This document shows, one piece after another, positions 1 through 11,439 of a DNA stretch of 64,000 nucleotides. The translations under genes were made by a program, and so were the position numbers. Each line of letters opens with the position of its first letter. Position 1 is the first letter of the stretch. Origin of the DNA: Eledone cirrhosa (taxonomy: Eukaryota); contig OZ024742.1 in the NCBI GenBank assembly GCA_964016885.1, positions 237,088,001-237,152,000 on the forward strand. The letters are read 5' to 3'. The notes beneath the pieces are model-generated. The model searched no databases, was not told where the DNA came from, and worked only from the letters and a program-made list of their open reading frames with translations.

Positions 1-390
1 TCTGTTTTTGTGAAGCCCAGCTTCTCGGGATTTGTACTGAGGCAGTTACTAACATATCCCAGTGCCCCAATAATCACAGGTATAAATCTGAAGGTATAGT
101 CAGGGTGGAGTATTTGCAGATTCCTCATTGGCTCTGCATAGATATTCTTCTTTTCACTTTTCACTAATCTTCAATTTTATATTGGCATCTGGTGGGCAGT
201 TAACATCCACAACTGTGCATTCCTTCTTTTCCATGTCCCATATCATTATATCTGGTTTGTTATATTTGCATTTTATTGGGGTTTTGACTGGAACAATCCA
301 CCAGTACTCTTTCATACTATGTATGTGTATCTCTTCCACATTGCTATAACTGTTAATATGTTTATTGTCAGGGTTATCTGTTCTATTAAT
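1..390 (-). mobile_element. R4/Dong-like non-LTR retrotransposon remnant (restriction-like endonuclease domain)
   Basis: Minus-strand peptide NKPDIMIWD..KECTVVDVNCPPDAN..K..EK, then FIPVIIGALG, matches the PD-(D/E)xK RLE C-terminus of R4/Dong elements; contains stops. Confidence 0.75.
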
Positions 391-990
391 ATCATCCTCA
401 AGTTAGCAAGAAACAGCTGGGGGCCTGTGCACACACACACTGGACTGTGTGCTTAGCATTTACATACTCAGTTGCAGAGTACTGTTCACCGGTCTGGGCA
501 GGGAGCTGTCATGTCAGTCAAGTTGACACCATTCTCAACTCGGCAATGAGAATAGTATCTGGCACACTGAAATCTACACCTACTTTGTGGCTGCCTGCGC
601 TTTCTCATGTAGTTCCTTCTCACATGTGACATCAGGAGATGAACCTTCACAACATGCGCTTGAAATCCTGCAAACCATTCTGGGAATCAATTCAAGACAG
701 TAACTTTGATCTAAAGGAAGACTGGACAAGATCATGGAATGAGTCGAATTTGCCAGCCTAGACCTCGTCCAGGACCCCACATCTAAACTTGCCGGCTTTG
801 ACCTTCCCAGAAGGCAATGGGTGTCTCTTAATTTGATGTGCACAGCACATACCAGGACAGCCCGTTATATCCATCAATAGAAAATGAAAAACAGCTTAGC
901 ATGTCACTGTGAGGACCTTGAACTGACAGTGCGGCATATTGTTCAGGATTGCTCTCTCAGGTCATTTGTCTCTAATCTCACTATAATGAA
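391..990 (+). mobile_element. Vingi/Ingi-like LINE 3' fragment (RT thumb plus C-terminal zinc knuckle), degenerate
   Basis: IILKLARNSWG...CLAFTYSVAEYCSPVW...VDTILNSAMRIVSGTLKSTPTLWLPALS; downstream LVQDPTSKLAGFDLPRRQWVSLN and C.C...TV.HIVQDC; frameshifted. Confidence 0.75.
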
Positions 991-1817
991 GCTAAATTTA
1001 CTGGCTATAATTTAGTAAAAACTTATATACTGTTCAGTTAGTAATCGTTTTGAGTAGACACATGTATGGCTGGATGGTTAAGAAGTTCACTTCGCAGTCC
1101 TAAGTCCCCACGTTCGATCGGACTGCACAGAATCATGGGAAAGCCTCGTGAGTTAAATATGGTAGGAAATTCGTCGGATGGATTGTAATTGTAATTCAAA
1201 AGTCTGGCCTCGTCACATATTTTGTCACGCTGATTCTGTCTGAGAATTAAGTTAAGAGAACAATTTTGTATTTTGTTGAATACTTCAACCACTTACACGT
1301 GAATTCACGAGCTGAACGTTCAGTTGATCGGACAACTAAATGCTCATTGTCGAAACCGACGGAGCGTCATCATTATGCTCAGTGTGTTGATGTTGATTGC
1401 TCCGGCTTTTATCCTTTTGGTGTCGATGAAATAAAGCCCCACTCCAGTAAGGGTTGAATGAGAGCTTTTGTTTGGTTCTTTACCTTAAGAGTTCAAATCC
1501 TGCTGTGGGCTACTCGAGTGGTAGATATAATCCCTGACCCTGATTTAACACCACAACCAAACAATGGACGTGAATAATCTAATTCCCAGTCCTCCGCCAT
1601 TTACATGTTAATTCACTAGTTGGACGTTCAGTCGATCAAATAACTAAATGGGCATCATCAAAATCGACGGAGCAACGATCATCATTCTATGTGTGAAAAT
1701 TACTCGCAGATTCCATTTAAAGAGATAACGAAATATCACTGACAACATTCTAGTAACGTTATTCTTTTTATTCATTACCATGATTATCTCCTTAAGGATC
1801 ATTATCATGACAACTAA

Positions 1818-2010
1818 GGGCGGTGGATTGGCAGTATCGGTAGAGGGTCGGACGTCATGCTTTGACGCATAGAGTTACGGCCCTTACCATTCTGAGTTCA
1901 AATCCCGCCGAGGTTAACTTTGCCTTTCATCCTTATGGGGTCGATAAAATAAAGTACCAGTAATACACTGGGTATTTTGCTGGCCTTGTGCCAAAAGTAG
2001 AAACAATTAT
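1818..2010 (+). mobile_element. tRNA-derived SINE family 1 (octopus-type)
   Basis: Box B-like gttcaaatcc, body gccgaggttaactttgcctttcatcc..ggggtcgataaaataaagtaccagt and tail gctggccttgtgccaaaagtagaaacaattat recur at ~51559, 52225, 56340, 57035 and partially at 49420. Confidence 0.8.
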
Positions 2011-2289
2011 CATGACGACTATCATTATCGCCATTGCCTTCTTCATTATTATCACTACCATAATCGTCCCCGCCACCAACATACTAAATATCATTACTAC
2101 AACCAGCAGCAGCAGCAGCAGCACTGCCATCATCATCATCGTCGTCACAACCACCATGACTAGTACAATCACCATCAATTCCCTTTGATGAAATCATATC
2201 AAGATAAACACTGACACCTCAACTCATTTATTAGATGACATTTCTATGATAAACTGACTGCTGACCGACTGATCATTACTGACCAGTGA

Positions 2290-2526
2290 CAGGTTCAATG
2301 AAAGGACAGATTATTGATGTGCTAAGACAGGAGATGAAGGAAACATCGGTGAATTTTCTGCAGGAAATGCAGGACTGGGTAGAGGTCTTCCAAGCGGAGA
2401 AGATGCATGTGCAAGTGTGTAGATGCGAGAGATCATTACTTTGAAGGAAGAAACGTTTTGAAAGCTTATGAAATTAAATAATGAATCTATTGAAATGTTC
2501 TCATTACTTATTGAACATTCCTCGTA
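2290..2526 (+). mobile_element. mariner transposon 3' remnant
   Basis: Translation ..KCVDARDHYFEG resembles the mariner transposase C-terminus KCxxxxGxYFEG. It is followed by the TIR-like end ctcattacttattgaacattcctcg and TA. Confidence 0.6.
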
Positions 2527-2623
2527 CACTAAATTCATACATCTACAGTCCTATAGGCATACACTACACACACACACACGCACACACACGCACACACACG
2601 CGCGCACACACACACGCACACAC

Positions 2624-2694
<71 letters not shown>

Positions 2695-2696
<2 letters not shown>

Positions 2697-2876
2697 TTTA
2701 TCCCGGGTTCAATCGGGGGTAACCACAGCAAGTAAGGTACTCAATACAAAGCAGAGTATAAATATTTAATATAGAAATGGCTTCTACAGGACTAGAACTA
2801 TTTCATTCGGGAGAAATCATCAGGAAGTCCGATGATTTCTCCCGAATGAAACAGTTCTAGTCCTGTAGAAGCCATT

Positions 2877-2885
<9 letters not shown>
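2695..2885 (-). mobile_element. PLE 3'-end hairpin insertion in (TA)n
   Basis: Inverted arms 2767-2821/2831-2885 and unpaired tail 2695-2766, with (TA)n on both sides. Minus strand has CTGATGA..GAAA..GTC (2781-2827). Confidence 0.65.
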
Positions 2886-2924
<39 letters not shown>

Positions 2925-2928
<4 letters not shown>

Positions 2929-3460
2929 AAGGTATATATTGAGTTAGAAACTCAAAATAGTCTTACAATTTGAACACATATATGTAAATATCTTTCCTTG
3001 AGCTATTTTATTGTAAGAGACTATTCTGAGTTTCTAACACACAATATATACCTTTGATATATTCGGCTCCATTAATTTGTTGAGCTAATTTAAATGTCGA
3101 GTAAACTTGGCTGCTATGTTTAGTGGTGTGAGTCTGTGAGACACGCTAGGTTCTGATACCATGTGCGTTATTTTATATTCGTACATTATTCAGTTTTTCT
3201 GATATACCTAGAAGTGAGGAGTTTACTCATTTTTGACCCACTGATGAGCAATAAGCATTGGTAAATCTCTTCACAATTAAATTGCGAAACAGCATCGCCA
3301 AAAGCTGTCTGGGTGATTGGTAGTTACCACAATTCCGGTTTGTATTTATTTTTCTTGATTTATTCTTAAATTGAGTCTGGCAAATCCTATTGTCCATATA
3401 ATTAGTATCTTTTTCACCTTAGCGAACCTGGCCCCTTACGATTTGAACACATATATGTAT
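2925..3460 (+). mobile_element. Non-autonomous retrozyme-like unit (474-nt period) with 5' inverted segment
   Basis: tttgaacacatatatgta occurs at 2968 and 3442. 2925-2970 is the inverted copy of ~3011-3060. Full hammerhead inside, no ORF, (TA)n flank. Confidence 0.65.
3236..3314 (+). ncRNA. Type I hammerhead ribozyme
   Basis: accca-CUGAUGA-gcaat...attgc-GAAA-cagc(atcgccaaaa)gctg-UC-tgggt. All core residues and stems I-III are present; predicted cut after C3309 (GUC). Confidence 0.85.
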
Positions 3461-3517
3461 ATATCTGTGTTTATCTCTCTTTTATATTCAATTATATATA
3501 TATATATAAATTATGTG

Positions 3518-3554
<37 letters not shown>

Positions 3555-3557
3555 GGG

Positions 3558-3615
<58 letters not shown>

Positions 3616-3913
3616 GATGATAAGGAGTCTTTACTTTCTAAATATAAAACCACGAGTTTTCTGTTCTTTATGAAGTTATCCATTTAATGTCTAAGTTACA
3701 ATGTAACGGAAAAATTCTCAGCTAAACCACCGAAATGTTCTCTTCCAATTTAAAATTCTATTGATTAAATTAAGTGATTGCAATTCTATTTTTCTGTTTA
3801 CCAAATGCCCGAAGCAAAAACTTTGATTTTATGGCTATTTTAACGCAATAAATGTATGACCAGTTATAGCAAAGTTGTATGTATTAATAAACTGGCCGGT
3901 CTTTCCTAAATGC

Positions 3914-4245
<332 letters not shown>

Positions 4246-4247
<2 letters not shown>

Positions 4248-4451
4248 CGTTTCTGAATTTGTTTAGCAAGATTCTTTATCTGAAAACGTGTGTTGAAACC
4301 GATATTGTTATACTTTGGGAGGGTCGTGTTGCCAATAAGAAACACACGCACCAGTTGCTTTCACTTCAATTTATTATAATAAATTGAAGTGAAAGCAACT
4401 TGTGCGTGTGTTTCTTATTGGCAACATGACCCTCCCAAAGTATAACAATAT
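4246..4451 (-). mobile_element. PLE family A 3'-end hairpin in (TA)n
   Basis: Near-perfect palindrome 4302-4451 plus tail 4246-4301. The same sequence is the 3' end of the GIY-YIG element at 63199-64000. Confidence 0.8.
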
Positions 4452-4460
4452 ATATATATA

Positions 4461-5631
4461 GTATTTACGTATCGAGAAAGAGAGAAAAAGGAGGGATAGG
4501 TGATACATATAGTTATTTGCCAAGTAGCGTATGCCAAAGGTGCTCGATACTAGTGCCGGCAGTATTAAATATTTGAAGTGTTAATATTTAGTGGGCTAGA
4601 GAGTTAGCAGAGCGTAAGCACGTGGGAAAGTAAAAAATCGGAGAATAGACCGTTAAAACATGTTTATTTAAAATATCACCTACGTACGTTTCGCCCAGTT
4701 GGGCTTCTCAAGGGCATAAATAATCACAAGTGTTCCTTATATAGTTCGGAAAGAGTTTTGGGGCTTAAATCTACATCAAGATTCATTGCTCGCAAAAATA
4801 TCTTGTTTTGATTTTGCAGCAGGTCAAGGGAGGTAACTCTGGCCGGTGTTAGGGCAGTCTTTCCCGGATAAATTTTTTTTTTTTTTCTTTTTTCTTTATA
4901 GCGTTAAACATTATATAGGGGGCCACCTCCGGCCCGTTCAAAATTAGGTTTCGAACACATCTCCACTCTTTCATAAATAGAAAACTAAGGCACTCCACTT
5001 CGCTCGCGGACTACATCACATCACTAAAGGACTTAAACATCAGCTTCTCCACGCACTGGGAGATTGTCGGCAGGGCTGCACCGTACAACTTCAAGAGGAA
5101 ATGCGATCTTTGCCTCATGGAGCTCTACCACATCATAACTGCAACCCACGAGCTCATCAACAGCAGAGCTGAAACAGCGATAAGTTGTACACATCGCTTA
5201 AAAATATCCTTCTTTAGATGGGTTAAGAATGAAGAGTGAAATAGTACACTGGATCTCCCTGCAACAAGTCTTAACACCCCGACGGGCAGGCGCAGCAAAA
5301 TAACACCCAGAAAACAATCCTTGCATACCAGACCCAGCCTCAGACAAACGGCAAAAAAAGAAAAAAAAAAGAAAAAAAAAATTTATCCGGGAAAGACTGC
5401 CCTAACACCGGCCAGAGTTACCTCCCTTGACCTGCTGCAAAATCAAAACAAGATATTTTTGCGAGCAATGAATCTTGATGTAGATTTAACCCCCAAAACT
5501 CTTTCCGAACTATATAAGGAACACTTGTGATTATTTATGCCCTTGAGAAGCCCAACTGGGCGAAACGTACGTAGGTGATATTTTAAATAAACATGTTTTA
5601 ACGGTCTATTCTCCGATTTTTTACTTTCCCA

Positions 5632-5632
<1 letters not shown>
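4461..5632 (+). mobile_element. Hydra-like PLE, 5'-truncated tail-out inverted insertion in (TA)n
   Basis: Arms 4622-~4895 and ~5360-5632; tail 4461-4621. 4902-5239 encodes a GIY-YIG remnant (HYIG.ATSGPFKIRFRTH..WEIVGRAAPY..KCDLCLMEL..INSR...SCTHRLK) paralogous to the 41-45 kb ORF. Confidence 0.85.
5541..5575 (+). ncRNA. Minimal hammerhead ribozyme, U3:A8 variant (mirror copy 4679-4713, minus)
   Basis: cc-UUGAGAA-gccc(aact)gggc-GAAA-cgtacg-UA-gg; palindromic stem III; stem I only 2 bp. Confidence 0.7.
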
Positions 5633-5681
<49 letters not shown>

Positions 5682-5683
<2 letters not shown>

Positions 5684-7434
5684 GAAAAATTGAACAGGGA
5701 CAGAACAGAGAGGCAGTACGATAAATGTTTATTAAATTCACGCTCAGGAGAGTGGGGGGGTAGGTGGGGACGACGTTTCGGGCATAAGCCCTTCTTCAGG
5801 TGAGAAGTGTGTGGGAACAGAGTTCAAAAGGTGTGTAGGGGAGTGGTGGAGAGACATATAGCGAAAGGAAACGGTGCGAATGAAAAATTAACAAATAAAG
5901 ACAAAAAATATAATAAATAATAAATAAAAATAAAGCATGATCAAAATACAAGGAATGAGAAAATTTAAAAATAAAGGCATGATCATAATAAACTGAAATT
6001 AAAAGGGGGGTAAACAGGTGGTGGAAGGGTGTGGGGTGAGTAGGGGTGGTGGTGGGTGGAGTGGGGAGAGGGAGACGGGGTGTCCGAGCGGGGAGGGCTG
6101 AAGGTGGTGTGTGTGGTTAGGTGTCCGTGTGTGTGTGTGTGTGTGTATGTGAAAGTGAGGGTTGGGGGAAGAACGGGGTTGCATGTTCAGGAAGGTGTGT
6201 GTGGGGGGTATTTTTGTGGGTCGGAGTGTCTGTGCGTGTGTGGATAGGGGGGTGGGGGGAGAGGAATCAGGAGGCTGAGGGTGTAAATCTGTGGTGGGAA
6301 GCACGTGTGTGTGGTTTAAGCGTGTTGTGGGTGTGGGTGGCGTGTGGATAAAAAAATTTTTGTTGGGGTGTGTGTGTGGGTGAGTTATATAGGTGATGGT
6401 GTAAGAGGATGGTTGAAAAGTTGGTAAGTTCCACGGATGTTTGGAGATTTTGGTTAGAAGTCAATGTCGCGTGTGGGTAATCCAAGAAGCGGTGGTCGGA
6501 AGAGGAGAGATGTGGGGTGCGCGCGCAACAGGAAGTGGTCAGCAGTGAGAGTGCTGTGGTCAGTTGGTGCTGAGACAGTGGTCGGAAGGGCATAGCAGCA
6601 GTCGGTGGAATGGTAGGGAGGCGAGGATGGGTAGGTGTGAGAGTTGGAGTGAGGAGGGTGTGTGTGTGTGTGTGTGTGTATTAGTAGGGGTGTTAGTGGG
6701 ATGAGTGAGTGTGGAGCGGGGAGAGAAGGGTGTGTGTGGTTCTATGGAGAGAGTGTGGTGTACTGGTGTGTGTGTAGTTTGGTGACGAGGTGTTAGTGGG
6801 TGTTAATATACGGGAGGTGGGGAGGGGTGGAATGCAGGTGTGAGTGGGGGTTAGTGGGGGTAGGGTGTGTAGAGTTGGTGGTGTACGAGGGTGTGTGGGT
6901 ACGTGTGCGTGGGGTTGGAGGGTGTTAGTGATGTTAGTTGCGTGTGGGGTGGGTGGTGTAAGTGGGTGCGTGTGTGCGTGTGATAAGGAGGGGGGAGGAG
7001 GAGAAGAGGGGAGGGAAGGGATGTTAGTATGTTAGTTGGGGAAGGGTGGTCAGATGAGGGGTGGAGTGGAGGTGTTAGTATTGTTAGTGTGGGGTGGGCG
7101 GTGAAAAGGAGGGGTGTGTTAGTGGTGTTAGTGGGAGATAAGTGTGGGGGGAGGGGGGCGGTCGAACGTTAAAGGAATAAGGGTGGGGAGTTCAGGCCGG
7201 GGGGAGTGTGGGTCTGTAAGATGAAGATAGTGCGTTGTTCGACCGTAAGGCGATGGGCGGGTGTTCCGTGGCACTGGAGTAGGCCACAGACTGTGAGATG
7301 GCGTGCGGAGTGTCCAGGGCCACCAAAGTGGCGGGCGATGGGGGAACTGCCCCCGAGACGAATATCCCGGAGGTGCTCCGTGACTCGGTCCGCCAGGCGA
7401 CGTCCCGTCTGTCCGACATAAGTCGCGCTGCACT

Positions 7435-7437
<3 letters not shown>
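5682..7437 (-). mobile_element. Neptune-like PLE, 5'-truncated (GIY-YIG half plus long C-rich 3' UTR), between (TA)n tracts
   Basis: ECSATYVGQTGRRLADRVTEHLRDIR..PIARHF...H...EQRTIFILQTHTPPGLN. Hammerhead-like CTGAAGA-agggcttatgccc-GAAA-cgtcg-TC at 5769-5802 (minus). The same terminus recurs at 62362-62420. Confidence 0.85.
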
Positions 7438-7477
<40 letters not shown>

Positions 7478-7480
<3 letters not shown>

Positions 7481-7940
7481 ACCACCAAAGCTTCGATTGT
7501 ACATTTAACTGAACGACATATGTTTCGCCAGGTTACATAAGAACGTACAGAAAGCTCGTATTAAAAACCAGCTCTTCAGAGACTATAAAAAATATTAAAA
7601 TTAACATTAACAGGACATTATCTTCCGGTCGATACTGACTACTAAGATGTACAACGGAAAGTAATATCAATTTAAATGTTTTTATAGACTCTGCTAAGGT
7701 GGTATCCGCGTTCTTAAGGAGCCTGGTGAAACATATGTCGGCCCTTTAAATGTACAATTAACAGCTTTGGTTGACATTTTATATATATGTTCTGTGAGTA
7801 ACATAACCATACAGTGAGTGAACCGTAAACAATGGATTAGCTCCAGATGCTCGGCACCCTTCGCACATACTGATTATCAACTAGTATTGAGCTTAAGCCT
7901 CGCTTTTCCAAACCTATAGTTGTTTCTTCAACTTGTCTTA
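7478..7940 (+). mobile_element. Old PLE 3'-end hairpin with diverged arms
   Basis: 7478-7600 is a diverged inverted copy of 7670-7785. Minus strand has CTGAAGA-gctgg..cctggc-GAAA-catatg-TC (7512-7583). Confidence 0.55.
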
Positions 7941-7951
7941 ACACACATAAC

Positions 7952-8052
<101 letters not shown>

Positions 8053-8077
8053 CATATATATATATATATATATATAT

Positions 8078-8580
8078 CAAGTAAGTATGTTTTGAAACAG
8101 TGAGCAGGTTTGAAATTAGAAAATAGAATAGCTTTCACCGTATTTTTGACTAAAGAAATTTTAGCCTGATAATGGGGTTTAGAACCCTCAGATAAATGGA
8201 AAAAGATGAGTATTGACGTACGTCAATACTCATCTTTTTCCATTTATCTGAGGGTTCTAAACCCCATTATCAGGCTAAAATTTCTTTAGTCAAAAATACG
8301 GTGAAAGCTATTCTATTTTCTAATTTCAAACCTGCTCACTGTTTCAAAACATACTTACTTGCCATTTAAACTCGCTAAGAATGTAGCTTCTAATTTGAAT
8401 GGAAAGAGATGGGTGATGTGTTGGTGTAATGGTAGCACAGTGGTCGCGATAACCAAAGATGTGGGTTCATCTCCCATGTACGTCAATACTCATCTTTTTC
8501 CATTTATCTGAGGGTTCTAAACCCCATTATCAGGCTAAAATTCTTTTAGTCAAAAATACGGTGAAAGCTATTCTCTCTTT
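8078..8580 (+). mobile_element. Non-autonomous 260-nt-period unit with tRNA-like cloverleaf and 142-bp perfect hairpin
   Basis: Arms 8078-8219/8220-8361 with no spacer; 8478-8574 directly repeats 8218-8314; (TA)n on both sides. Confidence 0.75.
8415..8485 (+). pseudogene. tRNA-like cloverleaf (tRNA-Gln-like D arm, non-canonical anticodon loop)
   Basis: Acceptor GATGTGT/GTACGTC; D arm GTGT-AATGGTA-GCAC; anticodon arm TGGT-CGCGATA-ACCA; T arm GTGGG-TTCATCT-CCCAT; T5 run about 10 nt downstream. Lacks U33 and has an atypical T loop. Confidence 0.65.
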
Positions 8581-8595
8581 CTATATATATATATA

Positions 8596-8780
8596 TGCAG
8601 AGGTTATATTTAATTTGTTGGGATTCAACAAGCTTTAAAATGTTTATAACTACTATAAAGCACTCAAATCTGTATTTTATCTGATGAAAGCGCACCATAA
8701 TCTACCTTGGTTGCCCTTGAAATATATATAATAAAATAATTATGGTTTTATAAATATAGTTTCCATTTATTAATATATTG
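8596..8780. mobile_element. PLE family C mini-insertion (tail on minus, hammerhead segment on plus)
   Basis: 8596-8670 is the reverse complement of the family tail seen at 9395-9463 and 9678-9743; the rest carries the hammerhead; TA flanks. Confidence 0.7.
8673..8738 (+). ncRNA. Minimal hammerhead ribozyme
   Basis: tattttat-CUGAUGA-aagcgcacca...tggttgccctt-GAAA-tatata-UA-ataaaata; 8-bp stem I, palindromic stem III. Confidence 0.8.
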
Positions 8781-8804
8781 TATATATATATATATATATA
8801 TATA

Positions 8805-9012
8805 CTTCGTTGTACGACAGAACAAATGAGAGACACAAAATAAAAACCCAGCCACTGAGGAGGTCACAGAATGTGTGACGAAAGAGCTTTGACAATATAT
8901 CAACAACTTTCTGGTTATCGAACTAACCAAACAATCGAAAATTTATAATAAATTGAAGTGAAAACGAACAGGTGCGTGTGTTTTTATTGACAGTATGACC
9001 CTCCCAAAGTAT

Positions 9013-9020
<8 letters not shown>
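8805..9020 (+). mobile_element. PLE family A 3' segment in (TA)n
   Basis: Homologous to the reverse complement of 63255-63500. Ends at gtataacaatat like the other family A tail-less arms. Hammerhead-like CTGAGGA-ggtcaca..tgtgac-GAAA at 8851-8893. Confidence 0.75.
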
Positions 9021-9085
<65 letters not shown>

Positions 9086-9461
9086 ACGATATTAAATAAA
9101 TGGAAACTATATTTATAAAACCATATTTATTTCATTATATATATTTCAGGGATATCATATTAACAATATGCTATGCCTTCCTCAGACAAAATACAATATA
9201 AACAGTTTTATAGATAAATAGATTTGACATACCGTACAACATCGACTTGTATTTGAAAAGTTGAATTGTATTTTGTCTGAGGAAGGCATAGCATATTGTT
9301 AATATGATATCCCTGAAATATATATAATGAAATAAATATGGTTTTATAAATATAGTTTCCATTTATTTAATATCGTAAATATACTCCAAATACTTGTCGA
9401 GTGCTTTTATATCAGTTATAAATATTTACTAGTTGTAACCCAACAATTTAAATATAACTTT

Positions 9462-9463
<2 letters not shown>
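9086..9463 (+). mobile_element. PLE family C hairpin
   Basis: Arms ~9086-9198 and ~9265-9377; tail to 9463; TA flanks. Confidence 0.75.
9269..9334 (+). ncRNA. Minimal hammerhead ribozyme (mirror 9128-9193, minus)
   Basis: tattttgt-CUGAGGA-aggcatagcatatt(gtt)aatatgatatccct-GAAA-tatata-UA-atgaaata. Confidence 0.75.
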
Positions 9464-9510
<47 letters not shown>

Positions 9511-9514
<4 letters not shown>

Positions 9515-9740
9515 TTATTAATAAATGGAAACTATATTTATAAAACCATAATTATTTTATTATATATATTTCAAGGGCAACCAAGGCAATTTTGGTGCGC
9601 TTTCATCAGATAAAATACAAAATATGTTTTATAAATGTTGACATACCCGTAGAAAAACAACCTTAACGGTTGAAGGTTCGCTTTATATCAGTTATAAAAG
9701 GTTTAAGCTTGTTGAATCCCAACAAATTAAATATAACTTC

Positions 9741-9743
<3 letters not shown>
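9511..9743. mobile_element. PLE family C mini-insertion with hammerhead 9553-9617 (minus)
   Basis: Flipped equivalent of 8596-8780; TA flanks. Confidence 0.7.
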
Positions 9744-9831
<88 letters not shown>

Positions 9832-9836
<5 letters not shown>

Positions 9837-10662
9837 AAAAAAGTATGGACGTTAGAAAACGTTCTATACAAATCACATGTCTTCGGGCTCGCATTTGTGC
9901 CGGACCCTCTGACTAGTTGGCGGAGGGACCAGCAACTTATGTTCTCCTTACAAACCTTTCTCCCCCTCACCTTAATGTGCCACCCATCTTCCTTTAATCT
10001 GCTCAGTCATATACTCTCTATCACACATTAAACTACGTCCTATGACACATACCAGTTAATACATACACACTTACATACATATCACAATTAGATACTTTTC
10101 ACGTACACATTATAAACTTCAACATACATACACACGTTAACATTTATCATACACTCACACATACTAATCCGCTCTCCTCATAGACATACGCTATATTACT
10201 GATACTTTACACACACACACACAAAATTACTTCAACGCATATAAACAGTACACACATTCAAACTTACATTCACTCACAGATACATATCCACTGATACTAC
10301 CACATGGACATACATTTACACTCACTATCTTTGTTACTTTACACATTTTACCTTTAATATCACACATATTTAAACTTACACTTACATTCACACATATAAC
10401 GATACTAATACACACACACACATTCAACATTGCGTTCTTACTCGTTACCAAGACTACCTAATGGCTTTCTTGTATTCCCTCTTCATTTTTTTTTTTTTTT
10501 GTGTTTTTACTGGATCATTTTTCTGTTTCTCCATTGTGATCCTGTCTTTATTTTGAACTCCCGAAGAAGGACTTAAGCCCGACACGGCTAACTTTCTTTC
10601 CTCTTTCCAGTATAAAGCGTGAAACTAATAAGACTTTTTATACCTTTGTTTGATATCTCCTT
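9832..10662 (+). mobile_element. Neptune-like PLE 3' end (EN C-terminus plus UTR), degenerate
   Basis: ..RRDQQLMFSLQTF..HLNVPPIFL* resembles the 7169 ORF end. The UTR is shared with 17920-18235. Decayed hammerhead at ~10560. Confidence 0.6.
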
Positions 10663-10703
10663 GAACTATACACACACACACATACACACACATATACACA
10701 CAC

Positions 10704-10751
<48 letters not shown>

Positions 10752-10761
10752 TTATATATAT

Positions 10762-10957
10762 AATGAAGGAGTTGTGGTAAGGAACCAGATGGACCATAAC
10801 GCACCAGAGTATTCAATAGTTAGGGTAGTAGAGTGGGTAATAGGAAAAAGTATGATCCCGACGGCAGAGCTCAAGCCGTTTCGACGGCTATTTCTGAGTC
10901 CAGAAATAGCCGTCGAAACGGCTTGAGCTCTGCCGTCGGGGTCATACTTTTTCCTAT
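10762..10957 (-). mobile_element. PLE family B hairpin in (TA)n
   Basis: Arms 10840-10896/10901-10957, tail 10762-10839. Copies at 21338-21523 and 46459-46638. Contains the hammerhead 3' half GAAA-cggc..gccg-TC. Confidence 0.75.
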
Positions 10958-10985
10958 CTATATATATATATATATATACCTGTAA

Positions 10986-11057
<72 letters not shown>

Positions 11058-11404
11058 ATTTCTTCTTAGGAATGGATTATGAATAGAATGCTTAACAGCT
11101 GACAGCTTCGTAACCTGAACCAGATATATTATCGAGATGAAACTTCTTAGTAATTTATTTTACATTCATAAATAAACGTGGCTGGCCTTGAGGGTCTTCT
11201 CAATTAGTATTTCGTTTAATCTGTCTATCTCTTTCTCACTGGACGGACATTATTTGTCATCACTTGTTTCTGTGTGAGAGTGTGTCTATATATGTGTGTG
11301 CATATGTATGTGTGTGTATATATATGCGTGTGTATATCGATATGTACGTATATGTGTGTTTATTTGTGTATGTATCTATGTGTTTAATTGTGTGTGTATA
11401 TATA

Positions 11405-11439
<35 letters not shown>

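Noticed and set aside
8415-8485. Functional tRNA-Ser(CGA) gene
   Set aside because: No long variable arm, G instead of U33, mismatch in the anticodon stem and atypical T loop; kept only as tRNA-like.
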